From assembly GCA_963837465.1 (NCBI GenBank), contig CAWINB010000001.1, positions 139,915-203,914 on the forward strand: DNA of 64,000 bases. Direction: 5' to 3'. A program made the position numbers and the translations under genes. The DNA is from Candidatus Doudnabacteria bacterium. GTDB lineage: Bacteria; Patescibacteriota; Doudnabacteria; UBA920. The notes below the pieces were generated by a model that saw only the letters and a list, made by a program, of their open reading frames with translations, did not search any database and had not been told where the DNA came from. Shown in pieces: positions 29,433-39,073 of this stretch. How positions within the stretch are numbered: the stretch's first letter is position 1; the number at the start of each line of letters is the position of its first letter.

Positions 29433-29995
29433 TTAAACATAGAGTACCGAGGCTCTCAGAAATCCCCGTAACAGTTCCCGGTCATTCCTGATTTTACGAT
29501 AACTCCTGCCAACCGCGGCCTTTAACAGCGGCAAGCCTTTGGGCCGCAGGTTGCATAAATGTTTGTTCTTCATAGCGGACCACAGGTATTCGGCCGGGTT
29601 GAGTTCCGGCGCGTAAGCCGGAAACCGCTCCACCTTCAGCCAATGCTTTTGAGTTTTGAGGTATTCTATCGTCGCTTTAGCCTTATGCGCCGATAGTCCG
29701 TCCCAAAACAACAACAGCTTCTTACCCTTTAAGTGGCGTTTCAGTTCTTTTAAATAGTCAATAACATCGGGAAATTTGACGCTATGGGGCAGGCTTTTTA
29801 AAAACAACCGGGGATTATTGCCTTTAGGGGTACAAACAATTGTCCCGGAAAGGCTCATTGTCGCCCAAGAGCCCGTGGATTGTATTATCGGCGTCCTGCC
29901 CACCACAGACCAGGTTCTTCTGACAGTAGGTTTTTCAGAAATTCCCGACTCATCGTGGAAGCCCAGTAAATACAGGTGTTTATCAGCCCATTTTT
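29433..29995 (-). CDS. IS630 transposase ORF B (DDE)
   Basis: DESG upstream of the annotated start, WDGLSAH, PAYAPELNPAE. Confidence 0.9.
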
Positions 29996-30480
29996 TTTAA
30001 GGCCGGAAAGCTTTGAACTTTCCAGGCTTTGATGGCTGACTCATCGCGTTCTTTGGCTCTGGTTTCAGGCTTTTGGCAGGAAAAGCCCAAAGAGATGAGA
30101 ATTTTCCAGACATGGCCCGGGTGGTAGTTAACCTTACTGATGCTTTTAATTACCTTGCCGATCCTTTGAAGTGTCCATAAGTCGGTGGAATAACCCAGGG
30201 CTTTGGGGCCCTTTAAGATAGCGGCTTTGAGCTTTCTCCGGTCTTCATTATCCAGTTGAGGCTTGGGGCCGGGCCTGCCCTTGCTTTTTAAGCCCTCTAA
30301 ACCGCCATCTTTATAGAGCTCCACCCAGTTACTGACCGCCTCAAAGCTGACTTTTAGCTTTTTGGCTATAAAATACTGGCTTTTGCCCTGGCTATGGAGC
30401 CTGATGGCTTGTCTGCGGCGCGACTCCAGCGCCTGTGGATCCCGTTTGCGAGACCCTGAAGATATATGTTTGTTTTTCAT
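29983..30480 (-). CDS. IS630 transposase ORF A (HTH)
   Basis: HTH, GRP, WT, LGFS motifs; ends at an A8 slippery run. Confidence 0.9.
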   Translation of the reverse strand: MKNKHISSGSRKRDPQALESRRRQAIRLHSQGKSQYFIAKKLKVSFEAVSNWVELYKDGGLEGLKSKGRPGPKPQLDNEDRRKLKAAILKGPKALGYSTDLWTLQRIGKVIKSISKVNYHPGHVWKILISLGFSCQKPETRAKERDESAIKAWKVQSFPALKKMG

Positions 30481-30538
30481 ATACCTTCATGGTAGCACAA
30501 AATTAATCCATATTCAAGCTAATTGGCGAAGGTCAATA

Positions 30539-30731
30539 GGAGATTGAACGGCATCGGATTTTCCAGCAGAGGGTGCTTAACATCAAGGAGAAAATTGACG
30601 TCAAAGATGTTGAGCTAAAAAGCTACACAAAATATGTGTTGGAGCATGGCAGTATTGTTGAGAAGCGGAATATTTTAAGCTGCTTAAAATCAAGACTAAT
30701 TTTTAAAGACAAAATTGTAACATTACTGTGA
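30539..30731 (+). pseudogene. C-terminal remnant of a probable site-specific recombinase next to tRNA-Trp
   Basis: EIERHRIFQQRVL...KSYTKYVLEHGSIVEKRNILSCLKSRLIFKDKIVTLL*; resembles tails of CPR recombinases as I recall them. Confidence 0.45.
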
Positions 30732-30913
30732 TCTGGATCCCGGATATTTTTCAGATAAAGCCCTGAAAAATTCCGGGATGACGCCATCAGGCATAAACAA
30801 AAATACGGCCATCGCTGGTCGTACTTTTGTTTTCGGTAAAGGCATCTTTTATCGAGCTTAGGTCTAGAACTTAAAACTCCGCGCGCGCCTCGATAACTCG
30901 ATAAAAAATGTCT

Positions 30914-30987
30914 TGGCAGGGGCGGTAGGAATCGAACCTGCGCTAACGGTTTTGGAGACCGTTGTACTGCCATTATACGACGCCCCT
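30914..30987 (-). tRNA. tRNA-Trp(CCA)
   Basis: AGGGGCG acceptor stem, CT-CCA-AA anticodon loop, GTTCGATT, encoded CCA. Confidence 0.95.
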
Positions 30988-31066
30988 ATACAAACATTTG
31001 ACCTTTGACTTTTAACAATTAACTTTTCGGTCAAATGTCAGGCGTCAAAGGTCAAATGTTGCTAAA

Positions 31067-31222
31067 CTATTTCGTTTCCTTGTGCAAAGTTTTCTTTTTG
31101 CAGAATTTGCAGAATTTTTGGAGTTCCAGGCGTTTTTGCGTGTTCTTTTTGTTCTTTTTGCTCTGGTAGTTCAGATTGTGACAAATTGCGCACTCCAGGT
31201 TTATGAGATGATCTTGGGACAT
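31067..31222 (-). CDS. rpmG: 50S ribosomal protein L33 (missed by ORF track)
   Basis: [51 protein letters not shown]; lies between tRNA-Thr and tRNA-Trp. Confidence 0.95.
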   Translation of the reverse strand: MSQDHLINLECAICHNLNYQSKKNKKNTQKRLELQKFCKFCKKKTLHKETK

Positions 31223-31317
31223 TTTTTAAGAACCTTTGACATATGACATTTAACATTTAACCCTCTGCAGCGACAGGCGTTAATTGTTAATTGTCAATGA
31301 TTAATTGTTTGCTATAT

Positions 31318-31393
31318 TGGAGCCGGCTGTCGGACTTGAACCGACCACCTACGGTTTACAAAACCGTTGCTCTACCAGATGAGCTAAGCCGGC
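31318..31393 (-). tRNA. tRNA-Thr(TGT)
   Basis: GCCGGCTTAGCTCA..., TT-TGT-AA loop, GTTCAAGT, CCA. Confidence 0.96.
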
Positions 31394-31592
31394 ATTGGTT
31401 ACCTTAAACAGCAGGTAACTCAAAATATTTTACCATAAACCCAAAAAAAAATCCAGCGGTTCGTATAAAGACCAAAAACTGGATAAAACCGCCCCAATAT
31501 GATAAAATTGCCTATATTGTTAGGTTAATTGTTTCCGTCAAAGGCGGATCCGCCTTTGACGGAAAAGATAAAAGATTAAGGATAATTTTTAC

Positions 31593-31667
31593 GGCGCTAT
31601 CGTCTAACGGTTAGGACAAGTGGTTCTCATCCACTAAATCGGAGTTCGATTCTCCGTAGCGCTACCA
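31593..31667 (+). tRNA. tRNA-Glu(CTC); integration target
   Basis: GGCGCTATCGTCTAACGGTTAGGAC, TT-CTC-AT loop, GTTCGATT, ...GCGCTACCA. Confidence 0.95.
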
Positions 31668-33153
31668 AGACCAAACTTTCAGACAATTTAGATTTGTTCA
31701 CAAGGGCTGCCTTAAGGGCAGCCCATTGTGTTTGTGGGACAAATTCTATTTTTTGATTTTTTAAAAACAGGTTCGAACCGAAGATTTTTTGTGCAGCCGA
31801 TTTTTTGGGGTGCAATTCTGCGCCCTGCGTGATTGCGCCCAGGTTTTCTGCGTCTTTGAGCCATTGTGTCAGGGGTTCAAACCAGGCATCCCGCTTTTGT
31901 TCAAGACGGGCAATTTGCTCCTCCAAAGACTTCTTTTCCAAGACGAGCTTATTCTTTTCTTCTCGGTACTTCTCCCTCTCAATATCCTGGTCTAAATACA
32001 TATTCTGTAGTCTTTGGAGCCTGCGGTCAATGCCCTCAATTTTTGACCGCAGGTCTTTGACAAAAGCCGACGTGGACTGTGCGGACTGCTGCCGTTTCTG
32101 CTGGGCCATAGCTAAAAGCTTTTCTGCCCAGCCCTTGGGCATAATAAATTGTTTTAATGTTTCTGACAGCTGGTTGATTAAAACCTCGTCCCTAACAAAG
32201 GGCTGTGAGCAGACAACGTTTCTCTTGGTGCAATGGTAATAAACATAACGGTGAACGTTGCCGTTTTTTTGGCGCTTTTCCCTTTGCTCAGCAGTAACAC
32301 CCCGGCCGCACTCTCCGCAGTGGAATAATCCACAAAGCAATTGGGGGTTATTTTTAGTTTCCTTGTGCGGCCTGCCCCGATACTTTAAAACTTCTTGGAC
32401 TTTATCAAACAATTGCTTGCTAACGATTGGCTCGTGCTTGCCTTGATACAATTCGCCACCAAAGCGGAATAGTCCACAGTATATAGGGTTAGAAAGCATG
32501 TAGGAAATTTTATCCCGTTTGAAAAGTTTGCTGCCACGGGAAATTAATCCCTGACTTTTAAAAAATTCTCCTACATCCTCCAAACGGTACTGGTCTTTGG
32601 CATACAGCTCAAAAGCGGCTTTGACGATTGGCGCTTTGTTTTTATCAACAGCTATAGTTTTAGTCCTTAAGTCATTAATGTAGCCGATTGGAGCGAGGCC
32701 TGGGTATTCACCGCGCTTGGCTTTTTCGTACATGCCGCGTTTTGTGTTAGTGCTTAAATCTCTAACATACTGATTGGCAATACCAAACTCCATTTGCATC
32801 ATCAAAACATTATCAGCAGAATAATAACTTTTGTCATGGGTTTGAATATGCTGGATTGTGCCCTCTTGCAGCATCCAGCTAATTTGAGCAGCGTCCACAG
32901 GATTACGAGCTAATCTATCCAACTTCCAGCAGACTATGCCTTGGGCTTCACCTTTGTTAATACGGGCAAGCATATCAGTAAATACAGGGCGCCCGGGTCT
33001 TTTGGCCGACTGTTTTTCAACAAATTCGGAGGCAATATTTAAGCCCTGTTCTTTTGCTAAGGTCCTCAAAACAGCAAGCTGATCTTCAATAGACCGGACT
33101 TGCTTGTCTTCTACATCTGTGGATTTACGGGCGTATAAAAAGTAGCCTGGCAT
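31627..33153 (-). CDS. large serine recombinase 1; last 12 codons are the tRNA-Glu antisense strand
   Basis: YARKS catalytic Ser, KLDRLARN, recombinase domain, C..C...C zinc ribbon, coiled coil. Confidence 0.93.
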   Translation of the reverse strand: MPGYFLYARKSTDVEDKQVRSIEDQLAVLRTLAKEQGLNIASEFVEKQSAKRPGRPVFTDMLARINKGEAQGIVCWKLDRLARNPVDAAQISWMLQEGTIQHIQTHDKSYYSADNVLMMQMEFGIANQYVRDLSTNTKRGMYEKAKRGEYPGLAPIGYINDLRTKTIAVDKNKAPIVKAAFELYAKDQYRLEDVGEFFKSQGLISRGSKLFKRDKISYMLSNPIYCGLFRFGGELYQGKHEPIVSKQLFDKVQEVLKYRGRPHKETKNNPQLLCGLFHCGECGRGVTAEQREKRQKNGNVHRYVYYHCTKRNVVCSQPFVRDEVLINQLSETLKQFIMPKGWAEKLLAMAQQKRQQSAQSTSAFVKDLRSKIEGIDRRLQRLQNMYLDQDIEREKYREEKNKLVLEKKSLEEQIARLEQKRDAWFEPLTQWLKDAENLGAITQGAELHPKKSAAQKIFGSNLFLKNQKIEFVPQTQWAALKAALVNKSKLSESLVLVALRRIELRFSG

Positions 33154-33244
33154 AGCTTTTTGGTTTAAATGTTAAAATCTGTTATCATGATATTGATAGA
33201 ATATCATAACATTATCATACTATCAAATTAATAATATTACCGCA

Positions 33245-33445
33245 ATGCAAAATACTATTGGAGACAACATTAAAAAGAGACGTCTAAAACTCAAACTATC
33301 TCAAGAAGAGTTTGCCCAAAAGTCCGGCGTTAAATATACAACTCTAACAAAAATTGAGAGCGGGGTCATTAAAACTCCTTCGGTTTTAATTGCTGCTAAA
33401 ATAGCAAAAGGCCTAGCAATTTCTATTGAGGAGTTAATAAAGTAA
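33245..33445 (+). CDS. XRE-family HTH regulator, divergent from the recombinase
   Basis: IKKRR...LSQEEFA..SGV...TL.KIESG. Confidence 0.9.
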   Translation: MQNTIGDNIKKRRLKLKLSQEEFAQKSGVKYTTLTKIESGVIKTPSVLIAAKIAKGLAISIEELIK

Positions 33446-33595
33446 CTTCTACAATTTTTTTATCAGGGAGCCCATAGCCTAAAGCTGCGCGAACTGGGAG
33501 GGTGGGTTAGCGGCTTTTCATTACTTAATTTTTTTGTTTCCTCTGCGTCTTGCGTTCTTGCGCCCTGCGTCCCCCAAAAAATCTTCCCTGGTTCC

Positions 33596-34061
33596 GAACC
33601 TGCTTTTAAAAAATCAAAAAATTGAATTTGTCCCACAAACACAATGGGCTGCCCTTAAGGCAGCCCTTGTGAACAAATCTAAATTGTCTGAAAGTTTGGT
33701 CTTGGTACCCTTATTCGATATTTTACAAACCTATTATACCCAAAACAGCTGACCTTGGCTACCCTAAAACAGCTCTTGCTTAGGGCTGTTTTTTGATTTA
33801 AAATGGGGGTACAAACTAGTTGAACAGCTAGTTGAATCCGGGTTCAACTAGTAAAGTTCCTAAACACCCTAATTCCATTACCTTTTCTTAAACCACAAAC
33901 CTTGACTATCACCACGATTTCCACTGGCAGACAAAGAAAAATAATGGAAAGAAATACTAACTACTAAAATACTTAAAATACTACTATCTATATACTCTAA
34001 AAATATACTAAAATACCAAACTAAAAACTAACCAAAAACAGAAACAAAACAGGGTGCAAAA
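33596..34061 (+). repeat. internal inverted attP-like copy: LSR1 3' end + TGGTA + 359-bp arm
   Basis: 33596-33707 nearly identical to revcomp of ~31663-31777; 33703-34061 matches revcomp of 45832-46190. Confidence 0.92.
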
Positions 34062-34116
34062 TGGGGGTGGAAAAATTTTTGTGTCTTAACCGCCGCGATG
34101 AGCGGCGGGACAGGGG

Positions 34117-36909
34117 GTGGAAAAAACTAAGTTTGCTTTTATGTCAATCCCAAAACTCGCCTTGGCTTATCCGACAACTCACCCTGTAGCCCACAAAGTT
34201 CTATCCCCCGCAGCTAGCACCAAGGGTGCCGATTTTTTCACCGGTCCCCTGTATGCCAGTACCATTGGCAACCTTCCTGCGTGGGAGCGGACGACTTCAA
34301 ACATAGCGGGCTGCCTGTTCCTCGTAGTGATTGGCTACACTGTGCTCCACAAACTTGGCTTCTTCCCCAAACACGCCTTTGAAAAGATAAAGCTAAAAAG
34401 CAAGGACGTAGACAAATGGCTAGAGAACACTGTGTACTTTGAAATCACCATCCCCAAGAACTCCCAGGCCACGGCCTTTCAAATCCAGCAAAAGATATTA
34501 AAGGCCTTCCACTCAATATATATTGATCCGGTGGAAGGCGCACATAACTTTAGCAGCCTTTGGGAGTTTGTCTACTACTTCCAAAAGCTCTGGAGAAGAA
34601 GCAAAGTCAAACGCTCCCAAAAGACTTTCTTTAGTATGCAAATCTGGGCCCAGCACCCGTTCATTTCTTTTAGGCTCCAAGTCCACGAAGCTGACTTTAC
34701 CCGGGTGGAAAAAGCCATTTTTAACGCCTACCCAGCGGCAGAGATTACCATGTTAGACAAGTCCCAACCCCTTAAGGAAATTACCCAATTTTCCCAAGAC
34801 TTTTTAGCATATGGGGAGACAACTATAGAGGGGCCATTTTACCACAGACTGAAAACCTTTAAGGACGTATCTAGCGAGCCTGTAGATTCTATGGTCTCGG
34901 TCATGGAAGGCCTAAAGAAGGGCGAGTTTATGGTCTACAATGTCCTAATTTCTCCCTCTTCCCATTACTTTAACCAAATCCTCCATTACCTCATAGAAGA
35001 GCAGGAACAAATGGGAGCGGTAGATATGGGCAGACGCAGGTTGACTATCCAAAAGCGGGGCTCAGGCTCGGAATTGGCCAACGCTTTAAACTCGGCCATG
35101 ATTGAAAAGATGAAAGCTCCACTGTTCCAAACCATAATATCCTACTGGACGATAGCCGAAACCAAGAACGAGGCTGAGAATAAACTCCGCAGCATCCAAG
35201 GGGCTTTGACCGAGCTGAACCAAAAAAATATGAACACGCTTAAGTCTAAGCTGCTGTTTACCAAGCAGGTACAGAAACTTGAGCGTAAGGGCAAGCTGGC
35301 TGGCATAGTCAGCCAAAAGCCGGTGTTCAAGTTAAGACGTTTTCCGTTTTGGCCCTTTGCTAAGTTTAAAAACTATGGGCAAAAAATTTCTGACGGGGAG
35401 CTTTACTCCTTTTGGCATTTGCCTAATACCCAAGATGGGACGGTATCGTCCATTAACCTAACCAGATTTAAAAAGCTCCCGGCCAGTCAGCAAATCAGGC
35501 GCTACCCTAAGGACTTCTTTCTGTCCTTAGGCCATAGTAATTTCCGTATGCAGGATAACGCCCCCATTGGCATTGCCACTTGGGATGACTTAAAAAAGCA
35601 CGTTTACATCTTAGGGGGAACAGGAGCGGGGAAGTCCGAAACCTTGAAAACTATCTTAAATAGCCTGTTACAAAAACAAGGCCAGGAAAAGTGTGCCCTG
35701 CTCATCGTCGACCCCAAGAATGACTTTGCCACGGATTTGCTAACTATGATACCGGAAGACCGCAAAGCTGACGTAGTATATTTTAACCCCCAGAGACAAA
35801 AAGACCGCCCGTTGGCTTTTCCGTTCTTCTCCAAGTTTTCAGGACAAAAGACCGATGACGAAAAACTGGAGTTTTTAATCTCCATAATGAAAAGGTTTGT
35901 CCAGATAGATTCCGCTTTTTCCTGGGGGCCGGAGCTCGAAAATATCCTGCGCCAATTATTTGCTACGGCCTACATACTGCCCCAGCAGTCCCTGTCCGGC
36001 CTTGACCTGCTCCTGCACCAACCCGAGCAAATCGGCAGGATGATTCCCTTTTTACCCCCAAGACTTCAAAACTTCTGGTCTAACTCCATATTAAAGCGCA
36101 GCAGCAATGATTTGGCTAAGTATCTAGCCACTACCAACAACAAGCTGGGTAAGTTTTTGGATTACCCGGAGTTTATGAATATCGTGGACAGGCAAAACAC
36201 TAAAATTTCCTTTGAGGATATGATTAACCAAGGCAAGATATTTATCGCAAACCTTGGCTCCAGTAGCGAGCAGATGAAAAAATATTATTCTGTTTATCTC
36301 TCTGCCCACATTGCCGAGGCTATCTTTGGGCAGGCCAGACTTTCCAGCGAAAACAGAAAACCCACGGTCTTTGTGGTGGACGAGTTTCAAAGGGTGGCCA
36401 GTGATATCTTTGAAACCCTATTTTCCGAAGTTAGAGCTTTCAATACTGCTTTGGTAATCAGCAACCAATTCATGGGACAATTAGACCCAAGAATCCAAAA
36501 ATCCATAGAGTCCAACATTGCCACTAAAATCTTTATGCGTACCCAGTCGGTGGATGACGCAGAGATTGCCGAAAAGATTTTAGGCGGCAAGGCCTTAGTG
36601 GAGGACATTATCAACCTGCCCACTGGCACGGCTTACATTAAAACCTTAGTTTCGGGTGTGCCGCAGGACGCAATGTCGATAAACATTAAAAAGACCGAGC
36701 ACCACAGGGAAAACGCCAAAGAAACCGAGGATTATTTTATTCAGCAGACTATGGAAAAATACGGCACGCCGCAGGACGATATTATCTGGGAACGCACCGC
36801 CGTAAATTCCATATACTATTCAGGTGACAACGAGGAACAGTTTAGTAAAGCTATGAGTCAAAAAAAGACGACTGCCGAGACGGCAGGTGAAGCGGAGAAG
36901 CAGCCTTAA
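34117..36909 (+). CDS. type IV coupling protein-like ATPase (VirD4/TraD/TrwB-like)
   Basis: TM helix, HVYILGGTGAGKS Walker A, VDPKND, VDEFQ Walker B. Confidence 0.8.
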   Translation: MEKTKFAFMSIPKLALAYPTTHPVAHKVLSPAASTKGADFFTGPLYASTIGNLPAWERTTSNIAGCLFLVVIGYTVLHKLGFFPKHAFEKIKLKSKDVDKWLENTVYFEITIPKNSQATAFQIQQKILKAFHSIYIDPVEGAHNFSSLWEFVYYFQKLWRRSKVKRSQKTFFSMQIWAQHPFISFRLQVHEADFTRVEKAIFNAYPAAEITMLDKSQPLKEITQFSQDFLAYGETTIEGPFYHRLKTFKDVSSEPVDSMVSVMEGLKKGEFMVYNVLISPSSHYFNQILHYLIEEQEQMGAVDMGRRRLTIQKRGSGSELANALNSAMIEKMKAPLFQTIISYWTIAETKNEAENKLRSIQGALTELNQKNMNTLKSKLLFTKQVQKLERKGKLAGIVSQKPVFKLRRFPFWPFAKFKNYGQKISDGELYSFWHLPNTQDGTVSSINLTRFKKLPASQQIRRYPKDFFLSLGHSNFRMQDNAPIGIATWDDLKKHVYILGGTGAGKSETLKTILNSLLQKQGQEKCALLIVDPKNDFATDLLTMIPEDRKADVVYFNPQRQKDRPLAFPFFSKFSGQKTDDEKLEFLISIMKRFVQIDSAFSWGPELENILRQLFATAYILPQQSLSGLDLLLHQPEQIGRMIPFLPPRLQNFWSNSILKRSSNDLAKYLATTNNKLGKFLDYPEFMNIVDRQNTKISFEDMINQGKIFIANLGSSSEQMKKYYSVYLSAHIAEAIFGQARLSSENRKPTVFVVDEFQRVASDIFETLFSEVRAFNTALVISNQFMGQLDPRIQKSIESNIATKIFMRTQSVDDAEIAEKILGGKALVEDIINLPTGTAYIKTLVSGVPQDAMSINIKKTEHHRENAKETEDYFIQQTMEKYGTPQDDIIWERTAVNSIYYSGDNEEQFSKAMSQKKTTAETAGEAEKQP

Positions 36910-36955
36910 TTTTTTTCAAATTTAATTTTAAAATTTTTACTCATTTAAAACAAAT

Positions 36956-37837
36956 ATGGAACTTCAACTGACCCCGCGACAGGAACTTAAAGCCTACAAC
37001 ATCAGGCTCAACCAAGGCACCTTGGAAATTTTGACTTTGGTGTTTGAATTTAAAATTGCGGCAGCGTGGCACATTTCCAGGCTTCTGTCCGGGCGTGACC
37101 AAAGCAAGTATGTTTATCTCAAGCTCCGCCGGATGTGGCAGGCTGGCTACTTGGACAGCTTTAAACTATTTACCGGCTCTATGGCAGGAGTGCCTTTGTA
37201 CTACATGCTCTCAAAATCTGGCCTAAAAGTTTTACTTAAAGAAAACCTCTACAGTCCTAGCCAAATATCCAAGTACCCGTCTCCCCAGATTTTGTTTTCT
37301 TCCGGGCTATTTGAGCATGAAAAGGATGTGGTGGAACTGGCCAGCAAGGAAGCCAAAAATCAGACCAAGGATTTAAAGATTAAGTTTAAGGGCGAGATAG
37401 CCTCTCAAGGCACGGACTTTATGGACGACAAGACCATTGAAGCCTTAACCCCCGACTATACGGTGCTATATACTTATCCAAACCAAACACAAATCGTTTA
37501 CAGCGAACTGGAACGCACCCAAAAGGGCAAGCAGGCCATGCTCCGCAAGGTAGAGCGTTACAAAAATTTCCTGAAACCCGAGCAGCTTAAAAACAGAACT
37601 TTAAGGCTTATTTTTCAAACGCCAGAAATGGAAGCCAGCTTTTGGCTGAACATTTATACTAACCGACCCGGGCTTTTAAATACCATTAGGCTAGTAACCA
37701 CCAATACTTTACTGCTTAAAGACCATAACAAATTTGTGGAAGAAATTTATGCTACCCACAAAACAATTAAGCTATCCAAGCCTGTGAGGTTAGTAGTAGA
37801 CACTTCTAAAAGGATAAAGCTGTTTGAGTTTTTGTAA
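36956..37837 (+). CDS. replication-relaxation (Replic_Relax-like) protein
   Basis: wHTH, Y.LS..G, FEHE, PD...(S)ELER pattern; follows the coupling ATPase. Confidence 0.65.
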   Translation: MELQLTPRQELKAYNIRLNQGTLEILTLVFEFKIAAAWHISRLLSGRDQSKYVYLKLRRMWQAGYLDSFKLFTGSMAGVPLYYMLSKSGLKVLLKENLYSPSQISKYPSPQILFSSGLFEHEKDVVELASKEAKNQTKDLKIKFKGEIASQGTDFMDDKTIEALTPDYTVLYTYPNQTQIVYSELERTQKGKQAMLRKVERYKNFLKPEQLKNRTLRLIFQTPEMEASFWLNIYTNRPGLLNTIRLVTTNTLLLKDHNKFVEEIYATHKTIKLSKPVRLVVDTSKRIKLFEFL

Positions 37838-37952
37838 AGACGTTAGGTTAAAAAATTTTAATCAGTTTTTTAACGCCCAAACTAATTGCTCTATTATCTT
37901 ATCGCCCATGAATTTAGCCACCCTTTTCAGAGTGGCTAAATCTTGTATAGGA

Positions 37953-38114
37953 TTAAACTTCAAAGTATTTTTTGATGTTTAAATTGCTGGGGCCGCAACC
38001 CGGACAGGTAACGGTGTCCAGGTCAATGACTTCTTCCCGGCTGGCGCTCCAGCAATTCTGGCAGTTAGGGCAAGTGATTAAATACTGAAAGTAAGCTGTT
38101 AGTGTTTTTAGCAT
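37953..38114 (-). CDS. 53-aa zinc-ribbon protein (not in ORF track)
   Basis: CPNC...CPGC. Confidence 0.6.
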   Translation of the reverse strand: MLKTLTAYFQYLITCPNCQNCWSASREEVIDLDTVTCPGCGPSNLNIKKYFEV

Positions 38115-38210
38115 TGTTTTAAAGTTAGTTGTTTAAGAAAGATTTTTGTTTTGGTATTAGTTTAAATTGTGTATCATTCTCCTTTCCTTTGGCTTAATTA
38201 TCATGGCCAA

Positions 38211-38319
38211 ATAGCACTGGCCGAAAGTTTTAGGTGTCAACGGGATTGAAAATATTTTATGCCCCACGGGAAATAAATTATTTTCACCCTTGAGCATCCT
38301 AAAAACCGGACAGTATAAT
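38211..38319. promoter_or_regulatory. Frpo-like ssDNA-promoter hairpin, copy 1
   Basis: imperfect long hairpin with TTGACA (minus strand) on one arm and TATAAT on the other. Confidence 0.6.
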
Positions 38320-38379
38320 GAGGGCAGATAAGGAAGCAAAGGAAAAGCTGTTCCCATTTAGTTTTATTTTTGATATATT

Positions 38380-39069
38380 TTGAACATGAATACATTACCA
38401 ACAATGCACACTGGCGGAGTAGAATTTTTTAGGTTTGCCGACCTGCAGTCGCTAGACGAGGCCAGGTATTTTGAATGCATGGATTCGCTAAGGCCGCTTT
38501 TTGAAAATCCTGATTTCAAAAATTCAACCCCGGGGTTTTACATAAACTACATTTCCAACCAGCCGGACGACGGCTTAATTTCCTTACGCCTAACTTACTA
38601 CACCATCGACCCTGCCAAAACCCAAGAGAATATAACAAAATTTGTTAGCAATAACAAAAACGGCCTCGCTCTGTTTGACTCCAAATGGACTGGTCGTCCC
38701 GAAGCAAATCAAATTTTGAGCATGCCCGAAAAGGAGGAGATGGATTTTAGAAATTTTTTAAACCGCAATACCCAAATCGCTTTAGAGGTATTAAAAAGTT
38801 TTGGGGTAAAACAATTTCGGGACTTAGTTTTAAACTATCGCCATAGGCAATTACTGCAAGGAGTACCACCCGCGGTCATCTTTAAGCAAGTCTTTGAACA
38901 GCATAGCGGCTATTACAGCCAGCTAAAAAAAGACTTCTTGGCAAGCGAATATTGGACTGGCTTGATCCGACTTTTCCATGGGCAAAATCCAGGGCTACAT
39001 TTTTTGGTAAATATGCTAGCCTTACCTGAAGCCCAATATTATTCAGCTTCTCCCGAAGCCATTTTATAA
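38380..39069 (+). CDS. hypothetical protein
   Basis: 229-aa ORF, no motif recognised. Confidence 0.6.
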   Translation: MNMNTLPTMHTGGVEFFRFADLQSLDEARYFECMDSLRPLFENPDFKNSTPGFYINYISNQPDDGLISLRLTYYTIDPAKTQENITKFVSNNKNGLALFDSKWTGRPEANQILSMPEKEEMDFRNFLNRNTQIALEVLKSFGVKQFRDLVLNYRHRQLLQGVPPAVIFKQVFEQHSGYYSQLKKDFLASEYWTGLIRLFHGQNPGLHFLVNMLALPEAQYYSASPEAIL

Positions 39070-39073
39070 TTTT

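Larger units (their letters stand above)
29404..30536 (-). mobile_element. IS630-family insertion sequence, two ORFs joined by a probable -1 frameshift
   Basis: TIR TTGACTTTCGCCAATTAGATTGAAT / ATTCAAGCTAATTGGCGAAGGTCAA; TA duplicated at 29402-3 and 30537-8. Confidence 0.95.

Noticed and set aside
30623-30973. 116-aa ORF
   Set aside because: Runs through tRNA-Trp and a REP-like palindrome; spurious.
31062-31256. 64-aa ORF in the track
   Set aside because: Wrong frame; the real gene is rpmG at 31067-31222.
33534-33752. 72-aa ORF as an independent gene
   Set aside because: It is the inverted copy of the LSR1 3' end plus its alternative tail, with no convincing start.
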